A stretch of 64,000 bases of DNA from a bacterium (GTDB lineage: Bacteria > Bdellovibrionota_C > UBA2361 > SZUA-149 > JAQTWB01), in the NCBI GenBank assembly GCA_028689495.1, contig JAQTWB010000004.1:2463-66462 (forward strand), in the 5' to 3' direction. The notes under the pieces are model-generated. The model worked only from the letters and a program-made list of their open reading frames with translations. It was not told the DNA's origin and did no database searches. Positions 26,566 to 34,808 of the stretch are shown piece after piece. The position numbers and the translations under genes are program-made. Position 1 is the first letter of the stretch, and the number at the start of each line of letters is the position of its first letter.

Positions 26566-27935
26566 CCAGAATTCTCCACCAATTCACCGCGAATACCATA
26601 TGGACCAGCAAAGCTGACCCTCGCACGAACTGTATCGCCAATCTTCATCCCCTCGCCACTAATTTCAGCAAGTACATTATGACGTGTCCTGCCCCGCAAC
26701 GCTCCTGAGGAATGCCGTCCCTGATCCTCTAACAGGACCTCCACTTCCTTGTCTAACCAAGCCTCATTTTGCTCTTTACACAAACGGTCTTGTACACCCT
26801 GGAGAATCTGCAATCTGGCGGAGGAGATATCAGAAGGTACCTGTTCCTCACGCATCGTAGCTTTGGAAACGGTATTTGGCCGCGGCGAATACATAAAAGC
26901 ATATGACATGTGGAATTTAACATCCTCAACCATTTGCAGGGTATCCTGAAAATCTATATCGGTTTCACCAGGGAAACCGACAATTATATCAGTAGAAATT
27001 GCGATATCAGGCCTACGCTCTTGTAATAAACCTATAATTTCCAAATACCGTTCACGACTGTAGTTACGATTCATTAATTTTAAAATGCGGTTACTTCCTG
27101 ATTGAAGTGGCAAATGAATATGCGGACATAGTTGAGGAACAGAATCAAACAAATCAACAAACTCTTTCCTTACATCCTGAGGATGCGGACTGGTAAAACG
27201 GATCCTTTCCACGCCAGGTATGTCGCTCACTCTTTTAATGAGATCCTCAAACCGCACTCGAGGTGAAAGGTCTTTCCCATATGAATTAACAGTTTGCCCT
27301 AGCAGCATGATTTCACGAGAACCTGAAGAAACTTTTATACGGATCTCCCGCAAAATCTCCTCGGCGGATCTGCTGACTTCAGGTCCACGAGTAGTCGGCA
27401 CCACGCAAAAGGCACAATTCTTGTTGCAGCCGCGCTGAATCGCAATAAGAGCGCGAAGAGGAAGTGTTCTTTCCTCCCCTGGCCTCACAAGAGGCACAAA
27501 CTCGTCGGGTAAATCCTCCCACTCCTCACGATAATCTACAGCAACCTGAGGATGAGGAGAATGTAGGGCCCGACTTACAAGCGAGGGAACCAACGAAATA
27601 TTATGGGTCCCATAAACAAAATCGACAACCGGGCTTTTTCGGAGAATCGCCTGACCTTCCTGTTGAGCCACACAACCTCCAACTCCAACAACGAGGTTCG
27701 GATTGTTTTCTTTGGCTGCTTTTAATGTCCCCAATAGACTAAATAACTTATGTTCAGCTTTTTCACGCACACTGCAGGTATTGATGATAACCACATCCGC
27801 ATCCTCAATTTCCGCTACAGGGTAATGAGTCTCGGCAAGAGAAGCCATAACTTTCTCCGAGTCATATTCATTCATCTGACAACCGTAGGTCTTGATATAG
27901 CAGCCACTTCTGCTTCGCCGTTCTGATTCACACAT
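26562..27935 (-). CDS. miaB: tRNA-2-methylthio-N6-dimethylallyladenosine synthase MiaB
   Basis: YIKTYGCQMNEYDSEKV (UPF0004 cluster), radical-SAM CNKNCAFCVVP, and a C-terminal TRAM domain. The start is set at ATG 27935; the ORF track extends to TTG 28007. Confidence 0.9.
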   Translation of the reverse strand: MCESERRSRSGCYIKTYGCQMNEYDSEKVMASLAETHYPVAEIEDADVVIINTCSVREKAEHKLFSLLGTLKAAKENNPNLVVGVGGCVAQQEGQAILRKSPVVDFVYGTHNISLVPSLVSRALHSPHPQVAVDYREEWEDLPDEFVPLVRPGEERTLPLRALIAIQRGCNKNCAFCVVPTTRGPEVSRSAEEILREIRIKVSSGSREIMLLGQTVNSYGKDLSPRVRFEDLIKRVSDIPGVERIRFTSPHPQDVRKEFVDLFDSVPQLCPHIHLPLQSGSNRILKLMNRNYSRERYLEIIGLLQERRPDIAISTDIIVGFPGETDIDFQDTLQMVEDVKFHMSYAFMYSPRPNTVSKATMREEQVPSDISSARLQILQGVQDRLCKEQNEAWLDKEVEVLLEDQGRHSSGALRGRTRHNVLAEISGEGMKIGDTVRARVSFAGPYGIRGELVENSG

Positions 27936-28156
27936 AGGTAAAATTATAATTTGTTGTTTGTCTCTACCATCAAGCGTTACCTGGTAGAGATGTTCAGTAA
28001 TAAACAACCGGGTATACCAAGTAACGACAGCGATTTGAAGCGGTATCCAGGACTACAGTTTTCGCAAAATGGGAGTGTTTTTAACGCACCCAGAACATTC
28101 ATCCTGAAACTATTAACTTTCTCTGGAACAATATTGTTCTGATTCCTGGCAGTGCT

Positions 28157-28981
28157 TTATCCAGCATCACAACTATAGTCAAGAATGCGCAAATGAGCGG
28201 AGAACTTGCCTCCTGATAAAATCGGCAGGTGCCGTTCGATACGAAGACGCACTCGCCTCCCTTCGCCGGGGAAGAGAGTCATCGCCCCCAACGAGACTTT
28301 TTCTTCATGATCTGACAATGGCGACAGATTTATCGGCATAACTTGAGCTGGAAAATTTTCATCAGACCAGAATACGCCGATAGCGACAGAGATGTTACTG
28401 CAACCTGTTTTCGACTGATTAAAAACAGTAGCCGACACCGCATGCTGTTCACTGCAGACTTCAGCGACGCAATCTGATTTAAAGATTTCAGTTTCCACAT
28501 TTCGAAGAATCAGTTGTTCAACCGAACCTTGATTTTGTTCTGACTTACGAAGATTCCAGTCGACTCGGACTTGATAGTCCTCAACCTGGGCGGCAGGCAA
28601 TTCGAACAGAATATCCGCTTGACCACCTTTGGGAATTATTTCTTCGCCAATTGCATCCGATAAACGCCGCACTTCTTCACGAATTACCTGACCATGATTC
28701 AAACCGACAGCTGACAGGTGAACCAATTGAGCCGGTAGATCGGCGAGCGCAGTCACTGAAACAACTATATAAATAAATTTTCCATCGGATACCGCGTTAA
28801 CCAGTCTGAACTCCAAAGGTGGTTTTTCGTGATCATCCGCCAACAACGGAGAGAAAAACTCCGTGTCATTTCTTCTCGCAACTGTATTTTCAACCGCAGC
28901 CGATTCAAACAAGCTACAGCCGTAAAAAGACATACAGCAGCTAAAAATAAAGATACGCGAAAAAATTGAACGATTTGTCAC
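28157..28981 (-). CDS. hypothetical lipoprotein (274 aa)
   Basis: GTG start. Signal peptide with a lipobox-like SFYGC. Beta-rich mature region with no recognised family. Confidence 0.55.
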   Translation of the reverse strand: MTNRSIFSRIFIFSCCMSFYGCSLFESAAVENTVARRNDTEFFSPLLADDHEKPPLEFRLVNAVSDGKFIYIVVSVTALADLPAQLVHLSAVGLNHGQVIREEVRRLSDAIGEEIIPKGGQADILFELPAAQVEDYQVRVDWNLRKSEQNQGSVEQLILRNVETEIFKSDCVAEVCSEQHAVSATVFNQSKTGCSNISVAIGVFWSDENFPAQVMPINLSPLSDHEEKVSLGAMTLFPGEGRRVRLRIERHLPILSGGKFSAHLRILDYSCDAG

Positions 28982-29046
28982 AGGATTACTGCTCGCACTC
29001 TAGTTTTCCCGATCAGTAACACCGCCATACAGAGCAGTATATTTGC

Positions 29047-29137
29047 GCTGCGGAGCAGCGACCAGATAACCACTAGATCCCTCCCGCTCACGTTAGTGGC
29101 AACTGCATCGGGAAATTCATAGTAGGAGGGGTATATA
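29047..29137. repeat. copy 2 of the 91-nt structured intergenic element (family B)
   Basis: GCTGCGGAGCAGCGACCAGATAACCACTAGATCCCTCCCGCTCACGTTAGTGGCAACTGCATCGGGAAATTCATAGTAGGAGGGGTATATA. 80 of 91 positions are identical to 14673..14763 with no indels. Confidence 0.75.
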
Positions 29138-29172
29138 ACATGTCAATAAACTTCAACCCTTTAAAACCAGGG

Positions 29173-29646
29173 TCATAAACGGCCCCAAGCTCCTCGCACT
29201 TCCGCAACTTTTGGCATATCAATCTGAGTCATACTATGGAACTGCCATCCGCCATCAAACCGGTAATACTGCCATTCCTGGCGTTCTCTTTTTTCCATCA
29301 CGACGTAGTCGGGAGAGCTGTAGTATCTGGTGATAATATCGACCAGTGCCACGGGTTTATCTTCACTGAAGTCAATGACCTCCACTTGAATATCAATAAT
29401 CTTCTCTCCCCGGCCCCGTTTGCGAAAGTCCTCAATAAACTCATGCCGCTGGTCTGCACTCACCAGCTTAAGGGCGTCAGTCACAGTCCCCCAGTAAAGT
29501 GCACGATTGAATTCTTTAACATTCTGATCGAGAAGAGTCGCTCTTGTCTGATCTCCACCAATAGCGATCTCCGTGGCCGAGCAACCCGAGAATAGTGCCG
29601 CCAACAAAAAGAAAGAAAGAAAATAATACCGATTAAGAGGGGTCAT
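29173..29646 (-). CDS. hypothetical lipoprotein (157 aa)
   Basis: Signal peptide plus lipobox LFSGC. The mature domain has no recognised motif. Confidence 0.6.
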   Translation of the reverse strand: MTPLNRYYFLSFFLLAALFSGCSATEIAIGGDQTRATLLDQNVKEFNRALYWGTVTDALKLVSADQRHEFIEDFRKRGRGEKIIDIQVEVIDFSEDKPVALVDIITRYYSSPDYVVMEKRERQEWQYYRFDGGWQFHSMTQIDMPKVAEVRGAWGRL

Positions 29647-29850
29647 AAAAATACAAGTCTCTAATTAATTTATAATGAACGAAATAAGCTGTTCCAGCTC
29701 AAACTAATATCAACCAAACACCGTCTTGATGCCTTGACCGCCGCTATCAGGTCTTCCCGAGTTTACTTGAGTTCATCACATTCCCGTCACTATCCCGTTC
29801 TCCATTCTAGATTCGACTCGGATACAAGGTAGCTGACTCAACAAGTTGTA

Positions 29851-29879
29851 AATGGCAAAATTTGCAGTTCCCGCAAATT
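29851..29879 (-). terminator. rho-independent terminator downstream of 29918..30283
   Basis: On the minus strand, AATTTGC-GGGAACT-GCAAATT (7-bp stem) is followed by TTTTGCCATT. It lies 39 nt after the stop. Confidence 0.45.
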
Positions 29880-29917
29880 CAAAACGATTTAGAATATTCA
29901 CTTTTATCGCGGAAATC

Positions 29918-30283
29918 TCAGCGACTTTTCAGTAGATTGTTTAACTCGGTTCGGTCATCCTGGTTCAGATGATCGCTAATTGGTCGACCCACCGTACCCG
30001 GAACACTTCGAGCCGCCTTCAAGCCGGATGGCATTGCAAGCACTCGCACCTCGGGAGTGCTTACTCCAACACTGCTGCTATTTTTGAACAAAGGCCCCTC
30101 GGACCTGTCTCCAGCATGAGCCACAGTTCGATAACGAACGTATTTCCCTGCTCCACCAAAACGACGATCCAAAGGCTCAAAACCAATAGCCGCAACCGCG
30201 GCACCAAAAAGCATGATCACCAGTCTGCCACTCCATGGACCATTTTCTGCTTCTCCCGCCATCACCACTCCTTCAAGTTTCAC
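29918..30283 (-). CDS. hypothetical small protein with one hydrophobic helix
   Basis: ORF with a plausible TM (LVIMLFGAAVAAIGF) and its own downstream terminator. The overlapping plus-strand ORF 29969..30451 looks non-protein-like. No homology recognised. Confidence 0.35.
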   Translation of the reverse strand: MKLEGVVMAGEAENGPWSGRLVIMLFGAAVAAIGFEPLDRRFGGAGKYVRYRTVAHAGDRSEGPLFKNSSSVGVSTPEVRVLAMPSGLKAARSVPGTVGRPISDHLNQDDRTELNNLLKSR

Positions 30284-30545
30284 GATTTAAGACAAGTTCT
30301 TCGGTCCATTAAAGTGACCCGAAGCGAATGCTGTGAAAATACTAACCTCAATGGCCGCTTACGACAATTGCCTATTCGGCAACAAATTCAAATCCCCCTC
30401 CTGAAACTATGCAACAGGCGGCATTTGACTGAAACAATTTTTCTTTTTTAACAAACTGATGTAATTGGTTGAGCAATTCCGCACTACAGGCTTGAGGAAA
30501 AAGCCTGCGGCCCTAACCACTTACCATCTTTACTCTTTTTGCCTA

Positions 30546-32459
30546 ATGATGACTGAAATTGAACCATGGTCCCCCGCTCGAAGCTACTCTCTTTACGGTT
30601 TAGGCAACTGGGGACAAGGTTATGTAGGCATAAATAACAAGGGCAACCTGACGATTTTTCCTAACGGACCAGAAGGTGCCGAAATAGATCTCTTCCAACT
30701 TGTCGAGGACGTGAAGGCCCGAGGCATCGATCTTCCGGTACTTTTCCGTTTTAACGGCATTTTGCGCCATCGTCTGCAGGTGATGGCCGAAGCCTTTGCC
30801 AGCGCTATTGCCGAACACAACTATCAAGGGCGATATTTTCCTGCATTTCCAATTAAAGTTAATCAACAGCGACATATTGTAGATGTGTTACGCAAAGCTG
30901 GTCGCAAGTACTCAATGGGACTTGAGGTTGGTAGTAAGCCGGAGCTAATTGCGGTCCTGGGGATACATGACGATCCGGAGGCTCTACTTCTATGTAACGG
31001 CTACAAGGACCGCGATTACATTGAGCTTGCCCTGATGAGCCAGAAGGTTGGCCGCAACCCGGTAATTATCGTTGAAAAACTTTCAGAATTACCCTTGACC
31101 CTTGATGTAGCAGAGGCACTTGGTATCCGTCCAAATATTGCCTTCCGTCTCAGACTGACCGGTAGAGGTAGTGGTCGTTGGGAAAAATCCGGTGGCGACC
31201 GCGCTAAGTTTGGACTGACAGTCTCCGATATTGTTGAAGCTCTTAGTATACTCGAAAACAGAAATGCTCTTGATTGCCTGAAGCTCCTGCACTTCCATTC
31301 CGGTAGCCAGCTGACATCGATTTCTGCCCTGCGCAATTCTCTTCGCGAAGCGACCCAAGTTTATGTACAGCTGAAAAAACGCTGTGAAAACCTGGCCTAC
31401 CTCGATATTGGTGGCGGACTTGGCGTGGATTATGATGGTTCAAAAACTAACTTCGAGTCCTCTATGAACTACTCTCTGGAAGAGTACGCCAGAGACGTTA
31501 TCTGGATGATCCAGGAAGTATGCAGAGAAGCCGGAGTTACCGATCCGCATGTGGTAACCGAGGCCGGACGAGCAATGACTGCCTACCATTCTGTGCTTAT
31601 TTTCAATACACTCGGTCTGGCAAACCGCTTTACTGATAAATGCGACTCCAGAGAAGTAATAGAAGCTGCCAACGATTCGATTGTCAAATCCCTGGGCGAA
31701 GCGCTTAATGATCTAAGCCCGAAGAATTGCCAGGAGACTCTTCACGATGCAATCGCCCTGCGCAATGAACTACTGCAAAAGTTTAACATGGGTATGGTCT
31801 CCATTGAGGACCGGGCCTTGGCCGACCGCTGTTTCTGGGCCTTGTTGAACGAAATCTGTAATAAGACAGGCGAATTAAACTACGTTCCGGAAGATCTGGA
31901 GGCATTGCCGGGACAGCTGACTGACACATATTTCTGTAATTTGTCCGTATTCCAGTCGATACCAGACAGTTGGGCAATTAAACAAATCTTTCCGATTGCA
32001 CCCGTACATCGGCACAGAGAAAAGCCTGAGCGCCGAGTTGTTATTGGAGATATCACCTGTGATTCTGACGGCAAAATAGACCGTTTCCCCGATCTCAGAG
32101 ATGTGAACCGTTATCTTCTGGCACATGACCTGGTTGACGGCGAGGAATATTACTTTGCTACTTTTCTTGTTGGCGCTTATCAGGAGATACTTGGAGACTT
32201 ACATAACCTGTTTGGCGACACAAATGCCGTTCACGTAGAAGTTCAGGACGGTGAAATCTCTCTTTCCAATGTCGTTCGTGGCGATAATGTCGGCGAGGTG
32301 CTTAATTATGTGCAGTACGACCGAGGCAGTTTGCTCGAATCATGGCGCCAGGCTGTTGAACGCTCAGTACGCGGAGGCAATATTACTCCTTCCGAGTCAG
32401 CGGAAATTATGAGAAAATATTCCCAAGCCTTTGATGGATACACATATCTGAGCGCCTGA
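30546..32459 (+). CDS. speA: biosynthetic arginine decarboxylase
   Basis: FPIKVNQQRHIV (PLP lysine region), HFHSGSQ, DIGGGLGVDYDG, GDITCDSDG and VGAYQEILGDLHNLFGD all parallel E. coli SpeA. The start is set at ATG 30546 (MMTEIEPW); the ORF track starts at TTG 30465. Confidence 0.9.
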   Translation: MMTEIEPWSPARSYSLYGLGNWGQGYVGINNKGNLTIFPNGPEGAEIDLFQLVEDVKARGIDLPVLFRFNGILRHRLQVMAEAFASAIAEHNYQGRYFPAFPIKVNQQRHIVDVLRKAGRKYSMGLEVGSKPELIAVLGIHDDPEALLLCNGYKDRDYIELALMSQKVGRNPVIIVEKLSELPLTLDVAEALGIRPNIAFRLRLTGRGSGRWEKSGGDRAKFGLTVSDIVEALSILENRNALDCLKLLHFHSGSQLTSISALRNSLREATQVYVQLKKRCENLAYLDIGGGLGVDYDGSKTNFESSMNYSLEEYARDVIWMIQEVCREAGVTDPHVVTEAGRAMTAYHSVLIFNTLGLANRFTDKCDSREVIEAANDSIVKSLGEALNDLSPKNCQETLHDAIALRNELLQKFNMGMVSIEDRALADRCFWALLNEICNKTGELNYVPEDLEALPGQLTDTYFCNLSVFQSIPDSWAIKQIFPIAPVHRHREKPERRVVIGDITCDSDGKIDRFPDLRDVNRYLLAHDLVDGEEYYFATFLVGAYQEILGDLHNLFGDTNAVHVEVQDGEISLSNVVRGDNVGEVLNYVQYDRGSLLESWRQAVERSVRGGNITPSESAEIMRKYSQAFDGYTYLSA

Positions 32460-32574
32460 TCCCGGTCGGTGTCGTTCTACTCAATTTGCCGAAATATCTC
32501 GTTCCCGGCAGGAACAGGCAATGACGATATTATCCTGACAAGAACCGATTCCTGGTTTTCTTTAGGTTATTGAT

Positions 32575-33486
32575 ATGCCTGCGCTTGTAAAAAAGTTCGT
32601 CCGTCGCGTGCTCGATAGAGGGGTTAAGTTCCTCAATGACCCGGTGAAGGCCTATGAGCCTCATGAGCGCACTAATCTTGTTAAACTAAAAGCTCGGCTC
32701 AAGCTTTGTGATGTTGTTCTTGTCAGTGGTAGCGCTCGTGTGTCCTACGTTGTAAGATTGCTCACTACATCCCCCTGGTCTCATGTCGTACTTTATGTCG
32801 GCAATCGCTCCAGCCTGCTGACCGACTCAGAAAAAACATATTGGATTGAGAAATATGGAGCGGCTTGCCTGGAGCATCTGCTTGTCGATGCCGATATGCT
32901 TTTTGGCGTCCACCTGCGACCTCTCGATGATTACAATGGCCAGATGCTCCGACAACTTCGCCCCTTGGCCCTAAGAAATGATGACCGCAACAAAGTGATC
33001 GACTACGCGTTAAAAGAACTCGGGAAAAAATATGATATTCTTCACATAATTCGCCTTTTGTTTTTTTTCACGTTCCCTTGGGAGCTTCTGCCGGCAAACG
33101 TACGCAGTTATTTCACCGACTGGACCATGTCCGAAACTGACCAGATTTGTTCGCGCATTCTGGCCGAGGCCTTTCATAGTGTCGGCTACCCGGTCAGACC
33201 AATCAGTGTTATTGAAAAAAGCAAGCTTCGAAGTGTTGTTCCCCTGGCACAAGGTTTTAATTTCCGAGCCAGAGGGAAATCGGTGATGAAACTTCTCTCC
33301 GGCGGCCGATTTTCTGCTGCCGCCAAGAGATTTTCACCCCCCCGATATGCTCGTATCGCTTTAAGTAATCCGCGCCATATTGTTCCTGCTGACTATGATT
33401 TGTCTCGATTCTTTGACATTATCAAAGACCCGAGCGATCTGAACATTGACTATCGCGGCATAGTTTCCCGGGAAATCAGAAAATAA
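32575..33486 (+). CDS. YiiX/YaeF-like permuted papain-fold (C92-type) protein, putative
   Basis: A His-containing motif (SPWSHVVLYVG) precedes a Cys motif (DQICSRILAEAF). This is the permuted order typical of the YiiX family. Weak, motif-only call. Confidence 0.45.
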   Translation: MPALVKKFVRRVLDRGVKFLNDPVKAYEPHERTNLVKLKARLKLCDVVLVSGSARVSYVVRLLTTSPWSHVVLYVGNRSSLLTDSEKTYWIEKYGAACLEHLLVDADMLFGVHLRPLDDYNGQMLRQLRPLALRNDDRNKVIDYALKELGKKYDILHIIRLLFFFTFPWELLPANVRSYFTDWTMSETDQICSRILAEAFHSVGYPVRPISVIEKSKLRSVVPLAQGFNFRARGKSVMKLLSGGRFSAAAKRFSPPRYARIALSNPRHIVPADYDLSRFFDIIKDPSDLNIDYRGIVSREIRK

Positions 33487-33496
33487 CCGTAAAAAT

Positions 33497-34627
33497 ATGC
33501 CCCCTGCAAGAGTATTCCCAGTAAGTATTCAAATGAAAGAAGCTATTATATCTCTCCCCCATACAACCTATTCCGTGCACACCGGTGCATCGCTGCTCCA
33601 GCAGGCAGGTTCACTGATTCGCCACCGCCTGCCGAAGGCTCGGCGAGCAGCCATCATCGGCGATGAAACCGCAATGTCTTTTCACCTTGGGACGCTTGAG
33701 AGATCTCTGAACGATGCCAGATTTTCGTTAATTGCACACTCCATCCCCAGTGGCGAAGCACATAAAACCCTAAATACCGTTTCAGAAATATACACCCTAC
33801 TTTTATCAAACAAATTTGAACGAAGCGATGTTGTCATATCGCTGGGCGGCGGCGTAAGCGGCGACACTGTTGGTTTTGCTGCGGCAACCTATCTGCGTGG
33901 CGTGCCCTTCGTTAACGTACCAACTACTCTTCTTTCAATGGTTGATGCCAGCGTAGGTGGTAAAACTGGTGTCAATATGCCGCAAGGGAAAAACCTGGTC
34001 GGCGCCTTTTACCAACCTGAGCTGGTAATTGTTGACGTCACTGTTCTCAACACCCTACCACAAAGGGAGTTTGTCTCCGGATTAGCCGAGTGCGTCAAGC
34101 ACGCAATTATCCGCAGCCCCGAGCTATTTACTTACATTGAAAGCCATGTGGATCAGATCCTGAACAAAGATGAACAAGTCCTAACTTCACTCGTCGCAGA
34201 CAACGTTGCCATAAAAGCCGCAGTCGTCATGGCCGACGAGAAAGAATCCAGTGTTCGAGCTCATTTGAATTTTGGCCATACTTTCGCCCATGCAATTGAA
34301 AAAGAGTGCGGCTACGGCACATACCTGCATGGCGAAGCCGTTTCACTTGGCATAGTGGCGGCCGGATATCTGGCATTAAAACGAGGATTGGTGAGCCAAG
34401 CGGAATTGGATAGAACAGAAATGTTGCTCAGCAAACTTTCCTTGCCAGTGCGCTCGAGCGTACTCCCCGACAAGGCTCAGCTAATTGAAGCAATGTATCA
34501 AGACAAGAAAGTCCAGAACTCCCTGATCCGCCTGGTGTTGCAAAAAAATATTGGCGATTGTTTGATTGTTAACGACGCGACCACCCATGAACTTGCAGCC
34601 GCCTGGGATTACATAACTGCAGGATAA
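33497..34627 (+). CDS. aroB: 3-dehydroquinate synthase
   Basis: GGGVSGDTVGFAAATYLRGVPFVNVPTTLLSMVDASVGGKTGVN and HLNFGHTFAHAIE motifs. The alternative start ATG 33533 is possible. Confidence 0.9.
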   Translation: MPPARVFPVSIQMKEAIISLPHTTYSVHTGASLLQQAGSLIRHRLPKARRAAIIGDETAMSFHLGTLERSLNDARFSLIAHSIPSGEAHKTLNTVSEIYTLLLSNKFERSDVVISLGGGVSGDTVGFAAATYLRGVPFVNVPTTLLSMVDASVGGKTGVNMPQGKNLVGAFYQPELVIVDVTVLNTLPQREFVSGLAECVKHAIIRSPELFTYIESHVDQILNKDEQVLTSLVADNVAIKAAVVMADEKESSVRAHLNFGHTFAHAIEKECGYGTYLHGEAVSLGIVAAGYLALKRGLVSQAELDRTEMLLSKLSLPVRSSVLPDKAQLIEAMYQDKKVQNSLIRLVLQKNIGDCLIVNDATTHELAAAWDYITAG

Positions 34628-34700
34628 CCGTGGCAGAGGTAAATTGATCGCTACTGGCAAATTCAAAGTACAGCTGGGCGGATACAAGGCCCGCACCCTA

Positions 34701-34740
34701 CGAAAAACAACATCAATCTAAAGGTGACAGCAGATTGATG
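34701..34740 (-). terminator. rho-independent terminator for 34809..37094
   Basis: A 9-bp stem, CATCAATCT (34711..34719) with AGATTGATG (34732..34740), around a 12-nt loop. On the minus strand it is followed by TTGTTTTTCG. Confidence 0.55.
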
Positions 34741-34808
34741 TGTTGACAAAACATCTTATCTGCAAAAACGATCGCCTACTGTGGGGGCAAGCCCAAGAAA
34801 CCTTCGGG

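Noticed and set aside
28126-28139. Possible LexA Cheo-type SOS box
   Set aside because: The Cheo box is GAAC-N4-GTTC, whereas this palindrome has a 6-nt spacer. It is kept only as an unassigned palindrome.
29124-29177. SD-like GGAGGGG plus ATG mini-ORFs at the 3-prime end of family B (MSINFNPLKPGS; MYSKIVLTFG at the other copy)
   Set aside because: The peptides are unrelated between the two copies, and no longer plus-strand ORF follows. They are treated as part of the RNA/DNA element, not as coding.
29969-30451. 160-aa plus-strand ORF overlapping 29918..30283
   Set aside because: Its composition looks like a frame artefact (His/Ser/Thr/Arg-rich) with no RBS. The minus-strand ORF has a TM helix and a downstream terminator, so only the minus ORF is kept, and at low confidence.
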